The notes under the pieces are model-generated. The model did no database searches and was not told the DNA's origin. It was given only the letters and a program-made list of their open reading frames with translations. From the IMG/VR virus record IMGVR_UViG_3300026097_000876, positions 124,001 to 188,000 of that record: a stretch of DNA of 64,000 bases; one strand, written 5' to 3'. Numbering within the stretch: position 1 is the first letter of the stretch; the number at the start of each line of letters is the position of its first letter. Below, piece after piece: positions 47,728-57,269 of this stretch. Both the position numbers and the translations under genes were made by a program.

Positions 47728-48828
47728 TTATTTCAATCCTGCAAGTCTTCTTAAATCTACTACGTTGTCCGATGTAGATTTGCTTGCATCTATGTCAATG
47801 TTTTCTTTGTTGCCTGTAATTGTTGTGCCTTCGGTCAGTGTTGCCTTGGTTTCCTTCACTGGTGTGTTTCCTGCTACTACGCTAGGAATATACTTTTCAA
47901 ACTGTGTTTGTAATTTGTTAGTCTGAACAGATTCCAGTAAGTCTGTCATAATGTCTCTTTGGTTCTTGTTTAGAGGACCAAGTAGTTCATTCATTACTTT
48001 ACTTCTCGTAGCAGAATCTTGAACACGTTTGATTTCAGCATCTTTGCTTTCTACCAATGTTGACTTTTCATCTGCTAGTGTTTTAGCTTCAGCTAATTGC
48101 TTATCTTTTAGCTCAACTACTTTTAGTAATTTTGCAGTTTCAGATTTTTCATTAAGATAGCTGTTTTGATATTCGTTTGCAAATGCTTCAAACATTTTGC
48201 GTCCAAAATCATTACGTCTTGCTGACTCAATATCTTCTTTTAGTTGAGTAATTTCTTTATTAAGACCTTTCTCAACAGTTTCTGAAACTAGTTGTGTTGC
48301 GCCGGAGATAAACTTTTGTCTAACTGTAGCTAGATGTGTTTTAGCTTCGCGTACTAGGCGTACTTTTGTTTCAGCTAAATCTTTCTTATCTTCATAAAAC
48401 TCTGCAATCTCTTTAGACAAAGAGTCAACAACAAATTCTTCTAACTTTCCAAATTTGTCAGCCATAAGTTTCTGATCTTCGTGTAGTTCGCCAATTTCTT
48501 TCGATAACTGATCTACAACAAAGTTTTTCATTAGGTCTGCATTTTCATGCATTGCAATTGTATACTTTGCTCTAGCTTCAGCTAATTGTTGACGATCTTC
48601 TGAAAACTCAGTAATTTCTTCCGCGAGTCTTTCTTCAAGCATTTTATCAATGGCTTCTACCATTGTAGCTTTATCATGCTCATACTTTTGAGCAAATTCT
48701 TCGCGAAGTTGTGCTGTGGCTTGCATTTTGTTCTCATGAACTCTTGCATTCCATGCTTCTTCGATCTCTGTCTTGATGTCTTCTGAAATTGCGTTATTTT
48801 CAAAGAGTGCTTTCAGTGCATCTAACAT
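47728..48828 (-). CDS. gp22: Prohead scaffolding protein (gp22-like)
   Basis: Coiled-coil, E/K-rich; position between protease and capsid genes. Confidence 0.8.
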   Translation of the reverse strand: MLDALKALFENNAISEDIKTEIEEAWNARVHENKMQATAQLREEFAQKYEHDKATMVEAIDKMLEERLAEEITEFSEDRQQLAEARAKYTIAMHENADLMKNFVVDQLSKEIGELHEDQKLMADKFGKLEEFVVDSLSKEIAEFYEDKKDLAETKVRLVREAKTHLATVRQKFISGATQLVSETVEKGLNKEITQLKEDIESARRNDFGRKMFEAFANEYQNSYLNEKSETAKLLKVVELKDKQLAEAKTLADEKSTLVESKDAEIKRVQDSATRSKVMNELLGPLNKNQRDIMTDLLESVQTNKLQTQFEKYIPSVVAGNTPVKETKATLTEGTTITGNKENIDIDASKSTSDNVVDLRRLAGLK

Positions 48829-48841
48829 TTCTTTCTCCTAA

Positions 48842-49477
48842 TTATCGGAGACCGTTGATAATGTTAACCAACGATTCCTTCAAGTATTTCTGAGCCTTTT
48901 CATCGCCATTTAATTCGCGAGCCAATTCATATGCCTTATACCCACCACGAGTATTCATTAAGTGCTCATAGATAGGCGTTGGATACGCCCCCGGAGCACT
49001 TGGTTGGGCAACGGCATCAACAGTAATAATTTCAAACTCGCTGACTTCGCCGCTTCCGTCTTCTTTAACATTTCCTGAACCCCTAGATGAGACTCCTAGT
49101 TTAACACCATTTTGTATCATAGTGCTAACTAGGTTTCCCATTGGAGTTGGAATTATTTTTAGTTTTCCATAACCATTTGGTCCGTCCATCCACATACTTG
49201 TAATCATGTGAGAAACGCGATCAAGGTTAATATTAAGTCCGTCTGGATGATCAACTTCACCTAACACACTATATCCGCCTTGAATTTGATCGTTGAGCGT
49301 GTTGACAGCCCTACTGATCTCACCTACGGGATATACACGTTGGTTAGCGTTTCTTACACCACCTTGAATGCAGATACCTTTTAGATACAGGTCCTTACCA
49401 CCTGCATCATTTTCAGTAGTCTCTACGACCATTTCGGCTTGGTCAAATGATAGTGTTTCGGTTAAGTTTAGCATCAA
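48842..49477 (-). CDS. gp21: Prohead protease (gp21-like)
   Basis: LKGICIQG..RNANQRVYP, GEVDHP, LDRVSH, GKLKIIPTPMG, GVSSRGSG, DAVAQPSAPGAYP. Confidence 0.92.
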   Translation of the reverse strand: MMLNLTETLSFDQAEMVVETTENDAGGKDLYLKGICIQGGVRNANQRVYPVGEISRAVNTLNDQIQGGYSVLGEVDHPDGLNINLDRVSHMITSMWMDGPNGYGKLKIIPTPMGNLVSTMIQNGVKLGVSSRGSGNVKEDGSGEVSEFEIITVDAVAQPSAPGAYPTPIYEHLMNTRGGYKAYELARELNGDEKAQKYLKESLVNIINGLR

Positions 49478-49483
49478 ACTTCC

Positions 49484-50383
49484 TTAAGAACCAATTACTG
49501 AACCAGTATCAGCTCCACTTTCGCCTGGGCCCTTTTTCTCAGCGCCGTGGCCTTTAGCGTTTGACTTAAATGTGCTACCTGCTTTACCGCCTGGTACATT
49601 CTCTTGGTTTAGATTCATGTCCTTTGCAGCTGCAGCTTTACCGCCTTTTTCTTCGCCACCTTGATTTAGGTTGCTAGCAGTTCCGCCCATGTTGTTAGCA
49701 CTTGATACAGGAGATGTTGATTTTTCCGAAGTGTTTTTCGGCTCTTTAACTGTTTCAACATATTCTCTCATTTGCTCTGCTTGTGATTTTTTACCTTCAT
49801 AAGCAAAAGTGTCGTTTTCTACGCTAAGTTCGGAATCGTCAAATGACTCTTCCTTTGCATCTTCATCACCTTCTGGCTCCATGTCTGACATATCGCCATC
49901 GTCGTCGTTGGCATCCATGTTATCCATGTCGCCGTCGTCGCCGTCCATCATTCTTTCGAATTCTTTTTTAAGGTCATCAAGTGCATCTTCTAGGTCAACA
50001 ACGCGATCTTCAATTTCTTCTTCACCGTCATTGTCCATATCTGTCATGTCATCATCTTCTGGATCTTTGATGTCGTTTTCTAGGTCATCGGTTTGATCCA
50101 TAGGTTCTTCAGATGTAAACATATCAAAATCTTCTTCAACTTCTTCTTCAGTTGACTCGTCAAATTCTTCGTCAGTTGTTTCGTCTAAATCTTCGTCAGT
50201 TGTTTCGTCTAAATCTTCTTCAGCTGATTCGTCAACTTCTAACTCTTCTATATCCGACTCGAGCATGTTCTCGTAAATCGAACGTGACTTTTCAATTACA
50301 AATTCATGAAATAACTGATCTGCTCCTTCGCGATCGTTATTGACTAATTTTTCGAGCATTTGCTCTAATTTATTATCTGCCAT
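49484..50383 (-). CDS. Highly acidic prohead core-like protein (299 aa)
   Basis: D/E-rich centre and basic G/K-rich tail; location in the head module. Confidence 0.6.
   Translation of the reverse strand: MADNKLEQMLEKLVNNDREGADQLFHEFVIEKSRSIYENMLESDIEELEVDESAEEDLDETTDEDLDETTDEEFDESTEEEVEEDFDMFTSEEPMDQTDDLENDIKDPEDDDMTDMDNDGEEEIEDRVVDLEDALDDLKKEFERMMDGDDGDMDNMDANDDDGDMSDMEPEGDEDAKEESFDDSELSVENDTFAYEGKKSQAEQMREYVETVKEPKNTSEKSTSPVSSANNMGGTASNLNQGGEEKGGKAAAAKDMNLNQENVPGGKAGSTFKSNAKGHGAEKKGPGESGADTGSVIGS
50166..50218. repeat. 24-bp tandem duplication (encodes EDLDETTD x2)
   Basis: TCTTCGTCAGTTGTTTCGTCTAAA twice plus a partial third copy. Confidence 0.85.
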
Positions 50384-50424
50384 TGTTTTCTCCTATAAAT
50401 GTTATTCGTAAGGCTGTCTAATAT

Positions 50425-50431
50425 TATTTAC
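50425..50431 (-). promoter_or_regulatory. Late promoter variant (GTAAATA)
   Basis: TAAATA core about 40 nt upstream of the 50383 start. Confidence 0.5.
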
Positions 50432-50492
50432 AGTTTGATTAAAAAATAGGTGCTAAACGGTGTCAAAACGACTCGTTTTAAAATTAAACTGT

Positions 50493-51092
50493 TTAAAAAT
50501 CATAATATCTTTTAAATTCGCTTAAAGTTATATGTGACAAATTAGTGCATTTCTTTAAATGTTTAGGAATAAAATCATCATTATCTTCTACAACTCTAAT
50601 ATATTTTATATTTTTATGAGTGTCACATGTTGAAGTAGTTTGTCTTTCCCAGTTACCAAAATAGGTTGCTGGCTCGCCTTTTTTCTTGTAATTGTGTGTC
50701 CCTGCATACAAGTTATTTACTTTTGATTTATTCCCGTGTTCGTCTGCTAACCCATGAAAATCAAAACCAAGAATGTAAATTGTATCATGCTTATGAGTGC
50801 TTGCTAGCCATAATGCTGTTGGTCCACTACTCCAGCCTTTGCTAGGTTGAAAAAAGTTAAAACCTTGCATTCCATTATATTGTTTGTTAGGATTAGTCCA
50901 GACTTCGTGTTCCATCTGCCATTTAGATTGATTGATTTCTAGAATCATTTTTACATCTACGGCTACTAGATAATCAGGATCAAAATGTCTGTAAAGTGCA
51001 TTACATCCATATATTTTTCCGTAATTTTTTAAATGATATAAATCAATACTTTTACGACTTTCGCCGTTTCCGAGTACGAACGCTACTGTCAT
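50493..51092 (-). CDS. DUF115/Maf/GT42-like protein
   Basis: AFVLGNGES, YGCNALY....PDYLVAVD, GWSSG.TA, IYILGFDF. Confidence 0.55.
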   Translation of the reverse strand: MTVAFVLGNGESRKSIDLYHLKNYGKIYGCNALYRHFDPDYLVAVDVKMILEINQSKWQMEHEVWTNPNKQYNGMQGFNFFQPSKGWSSGPTALWLASTHKHDTIYILGFDFHGLADEHGNKSKVNNLYAGTHNYKKKGEPATYFGNWERQTTSTCDTHKNIKYIRVVEDNDDFIPKHLKKCTNLSHITLSEFKRYYDF

Positions 51093-51101
51093 TTACAATC
51101 T

Positions 51102-51347
51102 CTATGCTTCGATTTGTGCTTGTGCTTGTATTCCGTACATTTGACGAACAAAGACTAGTTCTTTTTCTTTTTCTTCGTTGTGTAGTTCTGATGCTTTACG
51201 TGCTTTATTAATTTGACTTAGTGTGAGTCTAGTTTTTCTAGTGTCGTCACGTTGTACAATGCTTTCGTCATCTGTAGCATCGTAAGACTTGTCCTCTATA
51301 GGATCAAGTGTTTCTTTATCAAAATAAAATAATTCTCGTAGTATCAT
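51102..51347 (-). CDS. Hypothetical protein (81 aa)
   Basis: Intact ORF with an upstream TAAATA motif. Confidence 0.65.
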   Translation of the reverse strand: MILRELFYFDKETLDPIEDKSYDATDDESIVQRDDTRKTRLTLSQINKARKASELHNEEKEKELVFVRQMYGIQAQAQIEA

Positions 51348-51352
51348 ATTAT

Positions 51353-51359
51353 TATTTAT
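51353..51359 (-). promoter_or_regulatory. Late promoter (ATAAATA)
   Basis: Immediately after the portal stop. Confidence 0.5.
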
Positions 51360-51361
51360 GC

Positions 51362-53080
51362 CTATTCAGGTGCTTCGTCGGGTACTTCAGTTACTGCATC
51401 ATCTCCGCCAGCGTCGCCCGGTTCTACTGTAGGTGCTTCGTCATCCGGAGCAACATCAACACCGCTATCTAAATCAGCACTGATACCTGCTCCGCTAATA
51501 CCGGCTCCTCGCATTTCTGCGCTTGCATCAGTAGGAGAAGTAACTAAGTTTTCATCGTTTTCTTCTCTCCACATTCTTTCGTTTTCTGCAAGTTCTGCTT
51601 CTGACAATCCTAAGAATCGTTTCATTGCATATCTATTAGACATAAACGGAATTGCTTGTATCTGTGTGAAAGTACCTATTCTTTGATTATCTAGCTCGCT
51701 TTGTCTATAACTGGCAAAATTCTGCGGTGGCTGAAAAAGTAAATCAAACATTGCTACATCAATGTTTACTCCTTTTTCTATTAGATATTTTTTAAATTCT
51801 TGATTAAAAATTTCTGCAACTAAATTTTGAAGCCTTTCGCAATACTTGTTAAAACGTAATTCTTGAATATATGCTGTTCCAACACGACCGTCATTAAATT
51901 GACCTGCTCCTTCGTCTTGTGCAGCACTAGGTAAGTAAGAACTAGGAATACGTAGTCCGCGAATAAGTTTATTAGTAAAATATTTTAAATCGTCAATTTC
52001 GCCTAAGTTTGTGCCGCCTGGTAAAGTTTCAACTTTAGAACCTCTGCCTTCTGCTGTTTGGGGGAAGAAGTAGTCTTCGTTGATTGACAGAGGATTATAT
52101 GAACTGTCTATGACGTTAGTGCCTCCTCCTGTCTTGGATGGGATCCGTCTTTGATGAATTTCCGTTTTTACACGCTCCACAAACTGCATAGCAAGGTGTG
52201 AAGGCATGTTGCCCACATCAACGTAGAATACTCTTCTTTCTGGAGCTCTTTGTGTTCTATATATAATAATAGCATCTTCGAGTAATTCTTTTTGCTTGTA
52301 TACTTTAAAAATACTTTCTAATAAACTGTTACCGAAAGGTGCATTGTTATCTAGACCTTCACTTAAACTTAAATGCACAATATGTTCTGCATTAACAGCA
52401 AGTTCTTTAGTCTTATCGTGTCCGCCAAATCTTGATCCAGATTGTTGAGATGCATTTCCAACCATGCCTCGAACACCGCCTGTTAAGTATCCGTCGCCGC
52501 CTCCAGTTACATTACCATTAGTTGTATAAGGAGTAGTAGCAACCTTGTCTACAAAATTAAAGTTGATATCTTTAACAACATATTGTTCAGGCCTTTTGCC
52601 TTCGCTTTCATTTACAATAATACTTGAAACTTTTGCAGGGTCAATATGATACCATACCTTAGTTTCTGGATCGCGAATAAAAAATGCATCTCCATATTTG
52701 AATACATTTCGAACAATTCTAAACATTCTTGTACCAAAATCATTCATTTTGTGCCATTGCTGTAGGTACTGTTCTAAGATCTTAACTTCTGTATTAGTGG
52801 CACTTTGTTTAAAGTCTAAGCTAAAACTAGTTTTATTTACTGGATTTTGCTGTGTACAAAACTCAGCAAGTATATCTAAGGCAGCATTTACCTCAGAGTC
52901 CATATCCATAACATTATACTGACCGTAACGTTCAACTCTGTTTGGCGCACCTACATAGACATCAGGCAAGAAACTACTGTAGTTTGAACGTGCTGGTCCA
53001 GGTTGAGATCCAGTACTAGACAAAGGACTTTTTATTCCTGCATCTACGTCAACTGGTGTAAAATATCTTTTCCAACTCAT
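51362..53080 (-). CDS. gp20: Portal protein (gp20-like)
   Basis: EDAIIIYRTQRAPERRVFYVDVGNMP, EDYFFPQ..EGRGSKVETLPGG.NLGEIDD..YF..KL..GL.IP.S. Confidence 0.95.
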   Translation of the reverse strand: MSWKRYFTPVDVDAGIKSPLSSTGSQPGPARSNYSSFLPDVYVGAPNRVERYGQYNVMDMDSEVNAALDILAEFCTQQNPVNKTSFSLDFKQSATNTEVKILEQYLQQWHKMNDFGTRMFRIVRNVFKYGDAFFIRDPETKVWYHIDPAKVSSIIVNESEGKRPEQYVVKDINFNFVDKVATTPYTTNGNVTGGGDGYLTGGVRGMVGNASQQSGSRFGGHDKTKELAVNAEHIVHLSLSEGLDNNAPFGNSLLESIFKVYKQKELLEDAIIIYRTQRAPERRVFYVDVGNMPSHLAMQFVERVKTEIHQRRIPSKTGGGTNVIDSSYNPLSINEDYFFPQTAEGRGSKVETLPGGTNLGEIDDLKYFTNKLIRGLRIPSSYLPSAAQDEGAGQFNDGRVGTAYIQELRFNKYCERLQNLVAEIFNQEFKKYLIEKGVNIDVAMFDLLFQPPQNFASYRQSELDNQRIGTFTQIQAIPFMSNRYAMKRFLGLSEAELAENERMWREENDENLVTSPTDASAEMRGAGISGAGISADLDSGVDVAPDDEAPTVEPGDAGGDDAVTEVPDEAPE

Positions 53081-53088
53081 TTATTTTC

Positions 53089-55287
53089 CTAGCTCATTAA
53101 ATTGCCGTCTAAATTTTTAATATATCTATTAGCCGTTCTTTGCAAGTCTCTAACTTCTTGCATCGTAGTATTTAACTGTTGTAGTAAGTATTCAGGAGAA
53201 GTAACGGAATCATTTTTTGCCAGTGATGATGTTGTCGTTACACTAGTATCCATTGGTGTTGTAGGTGATTCAGCTTCAGGAGCAGCAGCAACAGCATCCT
53301 GTGCCCGAGGTGCTGAATTAGATGAAGTGCTATCCATAGACCAATCAAGACCTTTTCCTCCCATCCATTTTGGCAGATAATCTGAAAAATCTGGCATTTG
53401 TATATTGAAATCAAATAGCCCGTTCCAAATACTGCCAAACCAAGATTTAATTGAATCCCAAGCATCGCTTGCTAATTGTGCAGCACCGGGACCATACTCC
53501 TCCAAAGCATCCATGAAGTAAGATTTTATGTTTTCCCAACCAAATGTAGCAACAATTCCTGCAACGATTGTTCCGCCAATTAACCCTATAGGTCCTAAAA
53601 CTATTGCCGCTAGTCCAGCAGTGATTCCAGCAAGTACATCTGCGCTAGATAATCCGTTCCACCACTCTGTGACCCAAAGCATGGCTTTTTCCTTAAATTT
53701 AGCCCAAAGTTCAGCTCTTCCTTCTGCTGTGAATAATTTATCAAACCATTCTGTTATTTGAGGCTTGTACTCTCGCCACATTTCTACTAGGCCATTAAAA
53801 ACTTCTTTAGCCATATCGAGGCCATCAGTCTTTAACCATTCCCATGTGTCTGTTAGTGTAGGAAGAATATTAGATTTAAAATAATCTGAAACTTTTGTAT
53901 ACATTTCTCTAGACGATTCTAAATCTGGAATTAAAGTAGTAAATCCGTTTTTAAGATCCTGGAATATTTGACTGTCAAGCAACTCAGTTTGAAACATACC
54001 TCTAAGATCATTAATTGTTTCTGCTAGTGTTGTCATTGCTGCTGTGGCAGGATCTCGAGCTGCTTGTTCTTCTGCAATTGCTCCTGCGGTAGTTTCTCGT
54101 AACTTTCCTAATTCTCCAGTTAACGATACATATTCTCCTACGCTAGTACCAGCTGCAACACTTGCTTGAACACCTGCTTGTCCAAGAGAGTTTGCAAAAT
54201 CCATACCACTATCACGAACACCTACCATGAAATTATTCATTTCTTCAGCACTCATGTTTCTAATGTTTTGTGCTTGTTCTCTAAACACCTGATTATTAGA
54301 CATCAGTTGTTGGGTTAGAGGATCGTTAGCAACTCCGTCTGCCATATCTAGCAATGCTTCTTCTAATTTAGGAGATACAGCAGCTGCTTGAGATAATCTT
54401 AGACCAAATTCTTCGCCTTGCTCAGCAAGAACCATTTGTCTACGAATGTCTAAGTTCTTTTGTTTTATTTCTTCTTCTAATTGTTTTCTTGACTTTCCTG
54501 TTAACTTTGATATGCTATCAAGCTCTTTTGAGTATGCTTGAGCACCTGTTACAAGATCTTGATCGCTCATATAACGACGGCGTCCGCTGACTACCATCAT
54601 TTCATTATAACTAACTAAATTTTCGTTGAGCTCTTGTGTAGTAAAGCCCATGGCCATTAAATCTTTACCAGCTGTACTCTGTCTAAATTCTTTAGATAGC
54701 GAAGCAAAACGTTTAGCACCGTCGCCGACACTGTTACCAAAAAGACGAATACTATCACTTTGCTGTGATAATAATTCAACAAAATCTTGTTGCGGAATTG
54801 CAGCATTTCCTGCAATCCTTGTAAGTTCAAACATGTTATTAGAAAAACTAGCACCTGTTTGACTTAACTGTCTAAATTGGTCAACTTGTGTATCTAATAA
54901 TCCTGACAGTGTTGTTAATCCCGGTATAGGAAGATATTTTGCAAAGTCAGTTAATGTATTTCCGCCAGCAAGTAGTTCTACACCAAGTCCTGTTACAGCA
55001 CCAACAGTTGCGCCAATTGCAGAGGATAATGTGTTTAACAGTCCACTAGTTACATTTACAAGAGCATTACCAAACCCTTTGACTTCTTTAGTTGTATTTT
55101 TAGAAACTTTTCCAAGTAACCCAACATTTTTTACTGGGCCGCTATTATTATCTCCGCTAGGAGGTGTTGGTCCACTGCCTGTTGTACCTGTCAGAACTTT
55201 GACTAATTCTTTGAGAGTAGCTTCACTTGCTGCATTTTCTGCAAAAACTTCTCCTACTCCAGGGATATCAATTTTGACATTAGCCAT
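53089..55287 (-). CDS. Tape measure-like protein (732 aa)
   Basis: Helical A/G/Q-rich protein with Trp-spaced repeats and a hydrophobic segment near the C-terminus; divergent from the gp26-like gene. Confidence 0.65.
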   Translation of the reverse strand: MANVKIDIPGVGEVFAENAASEATLKELVKVLTGTTGSGPTPPSGDNNSGPVKNVGLLGKVSKNTTKEVKGFGNALVNVTSGLLNTLSSAIGATVGAVTGLGVELLAGGNTLTDFAKYLPIPGLTTLSGLLDTQVDQFRQLSQTGASFSNNMFELTRIAGNAAIPQQDFVELLSQQSDSIRLFGNSVGDGAKRFASLSKEFRQSTAGKDLMAMGFTTQELNENLVSYNEMMVVSGRRRYMSDQDLVTGAQAYSKELDSISKLTGKSRKQLEEEIKQKNLDIRRQMVLAEQGEEFGLRLSQAAAVSPKLEEALLDMADGVANDPLTQQLMSNNQVFREQAQNIRNMSAEEMNNFMVGVRDSGMDFANSLGQAGVQASVAAGTSVGEYVSLTGELGKLRETTAGAIAEEQAARDPATAAMTTLAETINDLRGMFQTELLDSQIFQDLKNGFTTLIPDLESSREMYTKVSDYFKSNILPTLTDTWEWLKTDGLDMAKEVFNGLVEMWREYKPQITEWFDKLFTAEGRAELWAKFKEKAMLWVTEWWNGLSSADVLAGITAGLAAIVLGPIGLIGGTIVAGIVATFGWENIKSYFMDALEEYGPGAAQLASDAWDSIKSWFGSIWNGLFDFNIQMPDFSDYLPKWMGGKGLDWSMDSTSSNSAPRAQDAVAAAPEAESPTTPMDTSVTTTSSLAKNDSVTSPEYLLQQLNTTMQEVRDLQRTANRYIKNLDGNLMS

Positions 55288-55314
55288 TAATTAAACACTC
55301 ACTTAATATGAAGC

Positions 55315-55322
55315 TATAAATA
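55315..55322 (+). promoter_or_regulatory. Late promoter, perfect TATAAATA
   Basis: 40 nt upstream of the 55362 start. Confidence 0.7.
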
Positions 55323-55340
55323 TGCTATAGCTATTAATAC

Positions 55341-55347
55341 TATTTAG
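55341..55347 (-). promoter_or_regulatory. Late promoter variant (CTAAATA) for the tape measure/portal unit
   Basis: TAAATA core on the minus strand in the 74-nt divergent gap. Confidence 0.5.
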
Positions 55348-55361
55348 CAGGAGATATAAAC

Positions 55362-56267
55362 ATGGTAGATAATAACATCCCGCCGTCAATGGGACAAACT
55401 GGAGTTCCGCTAGGACAAGTACAAGCAAATCCATTAGCAAAGCATTTAAGACAACCTAAAATTTATATTAAATTTCCTAGCGAAGGAAAATATTGGGCTA
55501 ATGGATCTTTAGAAACTACAGAAACTGGCGAGTATCCTGTATATGCTATGACAGCTAAAGATGAAATTACATTTAAAACTCCTGATGCACTGCTTAACGG
55601 GCAAGCTACTGTTGATGTGATACAAAGTTGTATTCCAAATATTAAAGACGGATGGTCAATTCCATCTATTGACATGGATGCTATTTTAATTGCAATTAGA
55701 ATGGCTAGCTTTGGTGACACTATTGATATGACTGTCAACGTGCCAAATACATCTATTCAAAAAGAATTTAAATTTAATCTCCAGCAACTATACGATCAGT
55801 ATATTAGCACTGTATTCGATGACGTTTTTAAAATTGACGGGTTTACCGTACAAATACAGCCAGTTACCTACCGTACTATGACACAGCAAAGTATTAAAGC
55901 ATTTGAAGAACAACGAGTTTTTTCAATTATTAATGACGATAATATTGACGATGCAACTAAGGTTGCTAAATTTCAAGAAAGTTTCAGGAAACTAACTGAA
56001 ATTAATATTAATACTATCATTGAAAGTGTAGTAGCTATTCAACCCGATGGTGAAGATCCTGTAACTAATAAAAAACATCTAACAGAATTTTTACAAGGGG
56101 CAGAAGCAAGGGTATACAATCAAATCAAAGATCATATCGAAGCACAAAAAGACAAATTTACACAAAAACCTGTGCAAGTTGCTTCTGAAGATGAAGAAGT
56201 TGAAGCAGGTGCTCCAAAAGTATACGATGTGCCTATTCAGTTTGATCAAAGCAATTTTTTCGGCTAA
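55362..56267 (+). CDS. gp26-like baseplate hub / tail assembly chaperone
   Basis: NPL..HLRQPKIYI.FPS.G, MTAKDEI.FK.PDALLNG, IQSCIP.I..GW.IPSID.DAILIAIR.ASFG. Confidence 0.8.
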   Translation: MVDNNIPPSMGQTGVPLGQVQANPLAKHLRQPKIYIKFPSEGKYWANGSLETTETGEYPVYAMTAKDEITFKTPDALLNGQATVDVIQSCIPNIKDGWSIPSIDMDAILIAIRMASFGDTIDMTVNVPNTSIQKEFKFNLQQLYDQYISTVFDDVFKIDGFTVQIQPVTYRTMTQQSIKAFEEQRVFSIINDDNIDDATKVAKFQESFRKLTEININTIIESVVAIQPDGEDPVTNKKHLTEFLQGAEARVYNQIKDHIEAQKDKFTQKPVQVASEDEEVEAGAPKVYDVPIQFDQSNFFG

Positions 56268-56317
56268 GGATCTTAACGTGGAACCTCGACAAAATCCTAG
56301 ACGAGGTTAAGGTCCTT
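56255..56317 (+). other. Programmed -1 ribosomal frameshift signal
   Basis: Slippery heptamer U UUU UUC (56255-61) in frame, 6-nt spacer, then stem GGAUCUU/AAGGUCC plus inner AACCUCG/CGAGGUU. Confidence 0.7.
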
Positions 56318-56491
56318 GAAGGAGAGGTTAAACAAATCAAATCTGAATTGATGAGAATTTGTTGGTGGATGAGAGGATCTATTACACTCAGCGAAGTCTA
56401 CTATCTAACTATAGAAGACAGACAACTAATTAACGATTTAATTAAAGAAAATTTAGATACAGCTAAGAAAAGCGGACAACCTTTTTGGTAA
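56261..56491 (+). CDS. -1 frame extension (76 aa, gp51-like/gpT-like) of the gp26-like gene; not in ORF track
   Basis: Open -1 frame RLRILTWNLDKILDEVKVLEGEVKQIKSELMRICWWMRGSITLSEVYYLTIEDRQLINDLIKENLDTAKKSGQPFW*. It is bounded upstream by TGA at 56243 and fills an otherwise empty 230-nt gap. Confidence 0.7.
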   Translation, partial: RLRILTWNLDKILDEVKVLEGEVKQIKSELMRICWWMRGSITLSEVYYLTIEDRQLINDLIKENLDTAKKSGQPFW

Positions 56492-56495
56492 ACTC

Positions 56496-57227
56496 TTACT
56501 TAGAAACTTTAAGTCCAGCACGTTGTATAACGTCTTTAGCTTTGTTTATTTCTCGCTCACTCGGCATCTTAACATTTCCCTTAGGTGCAGGCGTTGCAGC
56601 ATCTTTATCAGATGTTGGTGCGTCACCATAAGAACTTTTTCCTATGCGTGATCCTAGTTGCTTTTGGAATCCTTGCTGAACAAAACGTTTTATTACTTTT
56701 TTAACTTGATCATTATCTAATTTTAAATCTACTTCATTTATCATTGCTTCATTATACATGCTTTGTAGATCTAATTCGCCTTGACCTGATTTAGGAGTTA
56801 GCTTAGTTGGCTCTGGCTTTAATTTATCTTTAACAGTCTTTGCTGCACTTGCTACTTTTTTAGCACCTGTTTTAGCAGCATCCCCGGCTTTTTTTGCTGC
56901 TCCAGCTACCTTCTTAGCACCTTTAGCAATCTGTCTACCCATACTAGGATCTTGATTAATGTAAGAAAGTACAGCCTTAGGACTAGAAACAAATCCCTTA
57001 CCAGCTAAAAAATTAGCAAGTCCTTTAGCTGTCATACCTTGATTTTTTGGATCTTGCTTTGCTACTGCATAAAAGTCTTTGAATAAACTTTTTACTTCTT
57101 GATCAATTTCGACATCCAACTGAGCTGCTTTACCCATTGCCGTATTTTTTCCAAGTGTTCTTTTTAGAAATCTAACAGGACCTTCATCAACTTGTTTTGA
57201 TTCAGTTAAAATATCATAAACTTTCAT
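56496..57227 (-). CDS. Lys/Ala-rich late protein, possible internal head protein
   Basis: MKVYDILTESKQVDE N-terminus; basic; own TATAAATA promoter. Confidence 0.6.
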   Translation of the reverse strand: MKVYDILTESKQVDEGPVRFLKRTLGKNTAMGKAAQLDVEIDQEVKSLFKDFYAVAKQDPKNQGMTAKGLANFLAGKGFVSSPKAVLSYINQDPSMGRQIAKGAKKVAGAAKKAGDAAKTGAKKVASAAKTVKDKLKPEPTKLTPKSGQGELDLQSMYNEAMINEVDLKLDNDQVKKVIKRFVQQGFQKQLGSRIGKSSYGDAPTSDKDAATPAPKGNVKMPSEREINKAKDVIQRAGLKVSK

Positions 57228-57252
57228 TATTCTTATAACTCCTAATATAGTG

Positions 57253-57260
57253 TATTTATA
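57253..57260 (-). promoter_or_regulatory. Late promoter, perfect TATAAATA
   Basis: 26 nt upstream of the 57227 start. Confidence 0.7.
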
Positions 57261-57269
57261 TGTTTGTTA

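Noticed and set aside
50166-50218. 24-bp repeat as CRISPR or regulatory array
   Set aside because: In-frame duplication in a low-complexity acidic protein; no spacers.
7971-55294. Many Ser/Val/Pro-rich antisense and alternate-frame ORFs within structural genes (e.g. 7971-8354, 36775-37425, 49809-50096)
   Set aside because: Shadow ORFs caused by the codon bias of Gly/Thr/Asp-rich sense genes.
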